From contig OX597838.1 of NCBI GenBank assembly GCA_951406725.2, positions 15,128,001 to 15,192,000 of the forward strand: 64,000 nt of DNA, written 5' to 3'. Within the stretch, counting starts at the first letter, position 1. Each line of letters begins with the position of its first letter. The notes beneath the pieces were generated by a model. The model had not been told where the DNA came from. It did not search any database and saw only the letters and a program-made list of their open reading frames with translations. This DNA is from Octopus vulgaris. Taxonomy: Eukaryota. Of this stretch, positions 56,221 through 64,000 are shown one piece after another. The position numbers and the translations under genes were made by a program.

Positions 56221-56620
56221 GGCGCAGGAGTGGCTGTGTGGTAAGTAGCTTCCTAACCAACCACATGGTTCCGGGTTCAGTCCCACTGCGTGGCATCTTG
56301 GGCAAGTGTTTTCTGCTATAGCCCCGGGCCGACCAATGCCTTGTGAGTGGATTTGGTAGACGGAAACTGAAAGAAGCCTATCGTATATATGTGTATATAT
56401 ATATATATATGTATGTATATGTATGTGTGTCTGTGTTTGTCCCCCTAGCATTGCATGACAACCGATGCTGGCGTGTTTACGTCCCCGTCACTTAGCGGTT
56501 CAGCAAAAGAGACCGATAGAATAAGTACTGGGCTTAGAATAAGTCCCGGGGTCGATTTGCTCGACTAAAGGTGGTGCTCCAGCATGGCCGCAGTCAAATG
56601 ACTGAAACAAGTAAAAGAGT
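56221..56620 (+). mobile_element. SINE family A, full length
   Basis: Complete element inserted in (TA)n. Confidence 0.9.
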
Positions 56621-57280
56621 ATATATATAAAGGTAACTCGTGAAGAATGCCGTCGTTTTCAGTTATATTATTCAATTTTCTTAAAAGTATGGCAATCTTT
56701 TTAAAATCCTTCTTTCTGTCAGAATTTTCTTCAAATTTTCTACACTGATGGAGTTTTGTATGCTGATGTCAGCAATGGAGGCTTCTGATTAGCTAAAATT
56801 CCACAACTTTAAATACCTGTAACTTTTTAAATTATCGATTTCTTGAGAAAATGAACCAGCGTTTTCGTAATCACCAGTATAGAATCATCATTATAGAAAC
56901 TTTTGGCAAGATTTCTGCCCGTCTCCCCCACCCCAAAACCACCCTTAAAATTTTTTTTTATTTTCAACATAAACCCCCATTTTGGGCTATGAGGAATACA
57001 AATCTGCAAAAAATTGGCAAAAATCGACATTTCTAAATTACCCCCCACACACATACACATACACCCTTTCCTTCATTTTTAAATTTTTTCTCTTTTTTTT
57101 TTTTTTTAATTATGCGGAAAAATACGGAGATTATGATTCTGAAAAAAATTTCCAAAAATCTTTATAAATTTTTTTTTAAGAATTTTCTTTTTTTTTATAT
57201 TTTTCTAAATATGTGGAAAAATATGGACATCATGATTCGGACAAAAATTTCAAAACATTTCTGTACTCACGGTTACGGTT

Positions 57281-57322
57281 TTAGGGTTAGGGTTAGGGTT
57301 AGGGTTTTAGGATTAGGGTTAG
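57281..57322 (+). repeat. Short interstitial (TTAGGG)n
   Basis: Four perfect units plus degenerate flanking units. Confidence 0.75.
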
Positions 57323-57784
57323 TGATGGGAAAAAAAAGTCAAAATTGAAGAAGTTGGGGTAGAGGAAAGGGGGGAATTTTTCCCAATGCCGACTTTTGGC
57401 AATTTTCCGGAACCTCCGTATCCGGAAACGAGGATTTTTGGCAAAAATAATTACAAAAATAAACAAATTTAGGAGAAAAGGGGGGGGGGCTGAAGCCTTT
57501 TTTTTTTTTTTTTTTTTTTTTTTTAGATTCTGACGGTATTAAGGATTCTTAAAAAAAAGTCCCACGATGAATTACTTTGAGAAGGATTTGGTTCTTATTT
57601 ATCGAGCGACCAAATCCTTCTTTCCTTGCTGTGGAAATGAATAGTCGGTATCGCATTATTTTTCTTTAATAGGGGAGAGAACTCTGATAGCAATTTCGTA
57701 AAACGGTGTCCAGAAATTTATGGCCAAATCACTAGAAATCATTATTCCTGCTTTTAGAGGTTGTGTACGTGGATACAGGGACCA

Positions 57785-58169
57785 GTGGAGGCGCAATGGC
57801 CCAGTGGTTAGGGCAGCGGACTCGCGGTCGTAGGATCGCGGTTTCGATTCCCAGACCGGGCGTTGTTAGTGTTTATTGAGCGAAAACACCTAAAAGCTCC
57901 ATGAGGCTCCGGCAGCGGGTGGTGATCCCTGCTGTACTCTTTCACCACAACGTTCTCTCACTCTTTCTTCCTGTTTCTGTTGTACCTGTATTTCAAAGGG
58001 CCGGCCTTGTCACTCTCTGTGTCACGCTGAATATCCCCGAGAACTACGTTAAGGGTACACGTGTCTGTGGAGTGCTCAGCCACTTACATGTTAATTTCAC
58101 GAGCAGGCTGTTCCGTTGATCGGATCAACTGGAACCCTCATCGTCGTAACCGACGGAGTGCTTCCATCC
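57785..58169 (+). mobile_element. SINE family C, full length
   Basis: Near-identical to 23287-23679, with TSD acagggacca. Confidence 0.9.
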
Positions 58170-58299
58170 ACAGGGACCAGTGTTTCGTAGCCCCTGTTTC
58201 ATACGTCGTCTGTAAACCTCAGTTGTTGATCTTAAATTGTCTCAGAAGCCATTTATGACTCAGTGTTACACAACCGCTACAAGAGTTGATAATCTATTA

Positions 58300-58780
58300 T
58301 ACTCTTTTATTCTTTTACTTCTTTCAGTCATTTGACTGCGGCCATGCTGGAGCACTGCCCTAAGTCGACCAAATCGACCCTAAGACTTATTCTTTGTAAG
58401 CCTAGTATTTATTCTATCGGTCTTTTTTGCCGAACCGCTAAGTTTAGGCATATGTAAACACACCAGCATCGGTTGTCAAACGATGGTGGGGACAAATACA
58501 GATATATACAGACAAATACGGGGACGTAAACACACTACCATCGGTTGTCAAGTAATGTCGGGGGGACAAACACGGACACACAAATACATGCATGCATGCA
58601 CACATACATACATACACACACACACACGACGGGCATTTTCTGTTTCCGTCTACCAAATCCACTCACAAGGCTTTGGTCGGCCCGAGGCTATAGAAGAAGA
58701 CACTTGCCCAACGTCCCACGCAGTGGGACTGAGCCCGAAGCCATGTGGTTGGTAAGCAAGCTACTTACCTCACAGCCACG
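58300..58780 (-). mobile_element. SINE family A with internal duplication
   Basis: Reverse full element, with the gtaaacacac...tcggttgtcaa segment present twice. Confidence 0.85.
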
Positions 58781-58864
58781 TCTGAACCTATAATGCATAT
58801 TTCTTTTATTAAATGCCCAACATACATCATGTCTGAATAGATAACAGAATAACATAGCCCCAGA

Positions 58865-59168
58865 TAACTGGCACTCCGTCGGTTGCAGCGATGAAGGCTC
58901 CGGTTCATCCGATGTACAGAACAGCCGGCTAGTGAAATTAACGTGCTATTGGTTGAGCACTTCGTAGACGCTTGTACCCTTAAGATAGTTCTCAAGGACA
59001 CTCGGCGTGACAAGACTGAATCTTTGAATTACTGGTACTCATTTTTGCCATATAAGTGGACTGGGGCAACGTGGGATAAAGTGTCTTGCTCAAGGATACA
59101 ACGCACCGCCGGATATGGAACTTACGACCTTATGACCATGAGCCGAGTACCCTAACCACGTCCCTTCA
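58865..59168 (-). mobile_element. SINE family D, diverged
   Basis: Reverse head, CORE-like domain and the tail shared with 6536-6862. Confidence 0.75.
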
Positions 59169-59280
59169 CAAACCCCCCAGATACACTGTGCCTGAATAAA
59201 AGACTGCACACATTAGATCATGTAGTCCCAGATAAACTGTGTCTGAAAAACAAAAACCCTAACCCAACGCATTAGATAAT

Positions 59281-59765
59281 ACTCTGAGCGCCTTGTTTCC
59301 CTGGGCATGGATTCACTGAAGCTCCGGCGTCTGGCGACGGACTTGGTAAACACCCACAAAGTTATCAACCACCTCACCAACAACAACACTGAACACCTTT
59401 TTGATCTCCATGTGTCTAACACACGTGGACATGCCTACAAAGTCGGAAAACAGCACAGCTCCCATGACTTTCGGAAACATTTTTTCCCGCTCAGAGTTGC
59501 TGAAGCATGGAACAAACTGCCTGCGTCAGTTGTTGACTGCCATGACACTGCATCGTTTAAGGCCCTCGTGCTTTCCGAAATCTGCCGAAACTACACCTGA
59601 TTGTCCCCCTTCCATACTCATACACATATGTGTATGTCATGACTCATGCACTGTTCTTCTCCTGACGCTTGTACGTTACCCTATGTACTATACATACACT
59701 TTAGATGAGTTGTAGTGCACCTGAGCACTGTACACAATGTTTTATTATTATTATTATTATTATTA
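59281..59765 (+). mobile_element. CR1-type LINE 3' fragment (ORF2 C-terminus, 3' UTR, (ATT)n)
   Basis: YSERLVSLGMDSLKLRRLATDL...NTRGHAYK...RKHFFPLRVAEAWNKLPASVV is a characteristic CR1 ORF2 C-terminus. Confidence 0.9.
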
Positions 59766-61454
59766 TGTAGTTCTATATACACTGTGCCTGAATAAAAGAC
59801 AGAACACATTAGATAATGTAGTCCCAGATAGACTGTGTCTGAAAATAAGATGTGGTTGTTACAGCTGGAATATTTTTGATTGATTTTTCTGCTGACTCAA
59901 GGCTGGCTCGGGGACAACAATTGCTTGTTCTGACTTTCGATAATTCTCTTTTCATGAGATAACATCGTCATTTGTACCGTGTGCGGCGACATCTGGAGCG
60001 AATGTCTGAATGCTTACTCTTGATACTTACGTCTCCGTGGGTCGAGACGCAAAATGTATTTTATTTTATTTATTTATCTATTTCAGTCATTAGACCGCGG
60101 TCATGCTGGGGCACCGCCTTGAAGAATTTTTCAGTCGAACGAATCGACCCAAGTAGTTTTATTTTGAGACCCTGGTACTTATTCCATCGGAAAATTTTGC
60201 CGAACCGCTAAGTTGTTATCAAGCGATAGTGGGGGGTCAAACACAGACTCAAAGACACACACACACACACGACGAGCTTCGTTCAGTTTCTAGCTGAAGA
60301 CATTTGCCCTAGGTGCCACGCTGTGGGACTGAACCCAGAACTATGTGGTTGGGAAGCAAGCTTCTTCCTCCACAACCACGCTTGCTCGTCAGAGGCGAAA
60401 AACTTCTGTTTTATGACGACAGTGTGTTCAACCCACCGACTCATTGAACATACTCTCGCCAAAAAAAGAGAGAAGTTTTTCTCCCTTGATGTTTATTACA
60501 GCGCTCAGCATATTCCACGTCTGAACCGGCCGAGATGTATTAAGAATAAATATGCAAACATTCGTTCATTTCACAGTGTTTATATTCTAGAAGCAAAAAA
60601 AAACCCCATATTTCTACGTCTCCTACGAACTGCAACTATAGGTGAGGAAAGACCCAAACACAATCTAATCGTCAAACGAATTCAATGGCCTAGTTTTCGA
60701 TTGCATGAAAACCACTAACAATGCTCATTAATAATAAACGATGTAAGGGAGGTAACTCGGGAATTTAAACCATCAATGATGAGCTTTACGTAGTCACACG
60801 ACATGCTAGAAATAGCTGTGAAACCTCTCTCAAACTACTCCCTACTGTTTTTTAGAGGAAAAAAGGGTGTATGGGATAATAGTGCCTAAGATAAACTATA
60901 TTTAAAAGGATGAGGTGGCCACGGCTGGAATGTTTTGATCATAGGGCTGCCAAGTATACTACCTTGTAATCTACCTTCAGTTTTGTCTGCCGTTCAAAAG
61001 GAAAAGATCCTAGTTCTGTATACACTGTGCCTGAATAAAAGACAGAACACATTAGAAAGTAATGTAATCTACCTTCAGTTTTGCTGATAATTCTTTGGTG
61101 TTTGGATTAATTAATACACCTGTAAGCCTGGTTTCTAGACCTGCTGGTGTTTGTTGTCTTATTTGATAAAAACCTTTTACATGTGTTAACACCTGTGCTG
61201 TAAAAATTCTTCGTTTTATGAAAGGAAACATGCAACCTCTCTGATACAGATTTTCTTCATTTTTTCTTTCGTCTTCTTTCACTTCTTTCAGTCATTTAAA
61301 TTATGGCCTTGCTGGGGCATCACATTAAAGAATTTTAGTTAAATGCATCGATCCAAGTACATATTTCTTATTAGCCTGGTACTTATTCTATCAGTTTCTT
61401 TTGTTGTACCACAAAGTTAAGGGTGGGGGGGTGAAGAAGCCAACACCAATTGCC

Positions 61455-61945
61455 GTGGAGGCACAATGGCCCAGTGGTTAGGGCAGTGGACTCACGGTCG
61501 TAAGAACGTGGTTTCAGTTCCCAGACTGGGCATTGTGAGTGTTGAGCAAAAATACCTAAGCCCCACGAGGCTCCAGTGGGGGAGGGTGGTGAACCCCGCC
61601 GTGCTCTTTCACCGCAACTTTCTCTCACTCTTTCTTCCTACTTCTGCTACAAAGCAGAGGAACCATGGTGTAACCCTCTATGGTGTGGTAAACTTTCAGA
61701 CCCTAGTCTAGATTGCGAATCCTCTGTACCCCAGGATGGTTCAACTCTCCACCCATTAAAAGCCACCATTTACGGAATGCGGATAACAACGTAGCTTTCG
61801 CACCCGTGCAACTGCCAGTTTATCGCGTGTGGTGGGTGGATCTACAAGTTGCCGCACACATTCTTAGTAGCTTAGAGTAGGCTCGAATTAGAGATTATTC
61901 TTTGTGGCTAATGGCGTGGGTCCTGATTGGAAGAAGAAGAAGAAG
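61455..61945 (+). mobile_element. SINE with C-type head and a third tail type ending (GAA)n
   Basis: TSD acaccaattgcc/acaccagttgcc. It is nested in an old minus-strand SINE A. Confidence 0.8.
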
Positions 61946-61980
61946 ACACCAGTTGCCAAGCAGAGGTGAGGACTAACACA

Positions 61981-62261
61981 GGCACTCCATTAGTTATGAG
62001 GATGAGAACTCCAGTTGATGCGCTCTATGGAACAGCCTGCTCATGAAATTAACATGCAAGTGGTTGAGCACTACAGAAACACACATACCCTTAATGTAGT
62101 TCTCAGCGAGATTCAGCATGACTCATTTTTGCCAGCTGAGTGGGCTGGACCAATGTGAAATAAAAAGTCTTGCTCAAAGGCACAATGTACTGCTGGAAAT
62201 TGAACTCATGACCTTACAAACATGAGCCAGATACCTTAACCATTAAGCTATGCACCTTCAC
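61981..62261 (-). mobile_element. SINE family D, diverged
   Basis: Similar to 6536-6862. Confidence 0.75.
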
Positions 62262-62333
62262 TGGAGGATTAATACAGGCACATACTCTGATACATATATG
62301 TATCTCTCCCATTCTCTCTCTCTCTCTCTCTCT

Positions 62334-62379
<46 letters not shown>

Positions 62380-62389
62380 CTTTACTTGT

Positions 62390-62615
62390 TTATATATGTA
62401 TATTCTTTTACTTGTTTCAGTTATTTGGCTGTGACCATGCTGGAGCACCGCCTTTAGTCGAGTAAATCGACCCAAGGACATATTCTTTGTAAGCCTAGTA
62501 CTTATTCTAGCGATTTCTTTTGCTGAACCGCTAAGTTACGGGTACGTAAACACACCAGCATCGGTTGTCAAGTGATGTTGGGGGTACAAACACAGGCACA
62601 CAAACATATATACAC

Positions 62616-62680
<65 letters not shown>

Positions 62681-62770
62681 TACAATGGGCTTCTTTCAAT
62701 TTCCGTCTACCAAATCCACTCACAAGTCTTTGGTTGGCCTGAGGCTATAGTAGAAGATACTTGCCCAAAA
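62390..62770 (-). mobile_element. SINE family A (5' truncated)
   Basis: Reverse tail and body. Confidence 0.8.
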
Positions 62771-63297
62771 AATAAATATTGGGGTCGATTTATTTGATTA
62801 AAAATTCTTCAAGGTGGTGCCCCAGCATGACCGCAGTATAATAACTGAAACAATATCAGATATATTTATATATACACAATTCAAATTGACAGGAAATAAA
62901 AGGCGAAGACAGGTGAGGGAACAACAAGCAGGTGTATCTGTTTGACGCTCAGGAAGAATGGAAAAGTCTTTGATGTTTCGAGCCTATGCTCTTTGACAGA
63001 AAAGGATTGAGAGGAAAGAGGAGAGAGAATGAAAACAACAGAGAGAGTGAGAGAAAACATGTAGGGATTAATAGTTTAGTGTAGCAGAAGACACTTGTCC
63101 AAGGTGCCATGCAGTGGGACTGAACCAAGAACTATATATATAATATGGGTAGCTTATTAGCAATTTAACAGCCTAAAGGCAAATGTATAGATGTCACTAA
63201 AATGACAGAAGGTACAAAGTGATACCAACATTGCTAGAAATAAGAGTCAAAACTACTCATTAGCCACAAGAGCACTAATCTACAGTCGTAGACATAA

Positions 63298-63353
63298 CCA
63301 TATAACTAGTGATTTTGAATTTTGATGCAGGGCATCTTAATTCTCATCAGTGG
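63298..63353 (-). ncRNA. Hammerhead ribozyme with a single core substitution (GAAA to AAAA)
   Basis: Minus strand CCA-CTGATGA-GAATTaaGATGC(cct)GCATCaaAATTC-AAAA-TCACTAGTTA-TA-TGG. Confidence 0.65.
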
Positions 63354-63461
63354 CTCTTACTGCACCTAGGGTTAAGCTCAACTCACCTTAAGAAAAACCA
63401 TTGAAAATATGTGCTGATTTAAAAACGATAGAAGGGAAAGCTATAAATAATATGGGTGGCT

Positions 63462-63879
63462 CTCTTTTACTCTTTTACTTGTTTCAGTCATTTGACTGCG
63501 GCCATGCTGGAGCACCGCCTTTAGTCAAGCAACTCGACCCCGGGACTTATTCTTTTTGTAAGCCCAGTACTTATTCTATCGGTCTCTTTTTGCCGAACCA
63601 CTAAGTGACGGGGACCTAAACACACCAGCATCGGTTGTCAAGCAATGCTAGGGGAACAAACACAGACACACAAACAAACATACATACATATATACATATA
63701 TATATATACATATATACGACAGGCTTCTTTCAGTTTCCGTCTACCAAATCCACTCACAAGGCAATGGTCGGCCCAGGGCTATAGCAGAAGACACTTGCCC
63801 AAGATGCCACGCAGTGGGACTGAACCCGGAACCATGTGGTTGGTTAGCAAGCTACTTACCACACAACCACTCCTGCGTC
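63462..63879 (-). mobile_element. SINE family A, full length
   Basis: Reverse complete element interrupting a direct repeat. Confidence 0.9.
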
Positions 63880-64000
63880 TATGATGCAATTTAATAACCT
63901 AAAGCCAAATTTATAGACATCACTATATATATATACAACAGGCTTCTTTCAGTTTCCATCTACCAAATCCACTCACAAGGCTTTGGTCAGCCCAAGGCTA

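Noticed and set aside
57281-57322. True telomere
   Set aside because: Only about four perfect units, internal to the window with ordinary sequence on both sides.
59307-59600. 97-aa ORF as a host gene
   Set aside because: It is the C-terminal remnant of a CR1 LINE ORF2 followed by its 3' UTR and (ATT)n tail.

Overview
This is AT-rich eukaryotic non-coding DNA (intronic or intergenic). The tRNA-derived SINE families and extreme microsatellite load point to a coleoid cephalopod, most likely Octopus. No intact protein-coding gene is supported. Nearly all ORFs in the track are read-throughs of (TA)n, (CA)n, (TACA)n, (GATA)n or (GGT)n repeats, or of SINEs. The window holds dozens of copies of about six SINE families, CR1-type LINE 3' fragments, Tc1 (DD34E) and mariner relics, piggyBac/hAT/Merlin-like MITEs and a non-autonomous Helitron. 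The most striking signal, read by eye, is a dense set of minimal type I hammerhead ribozyme (HHR) motifs. Three have fully intact cores (7807+, 8120-, 28303-) and several are variant or decayed. Most sit in short fold-back or direct-repeat elements embedded in (TA)n arrays, an architecture typical of Penelope-like element termini or retrozymes. Several perfect or near-perfect palindromes and inverted duplications are also present. SINE family letters A-G are my own labels, and repeat boundaries are approximate.
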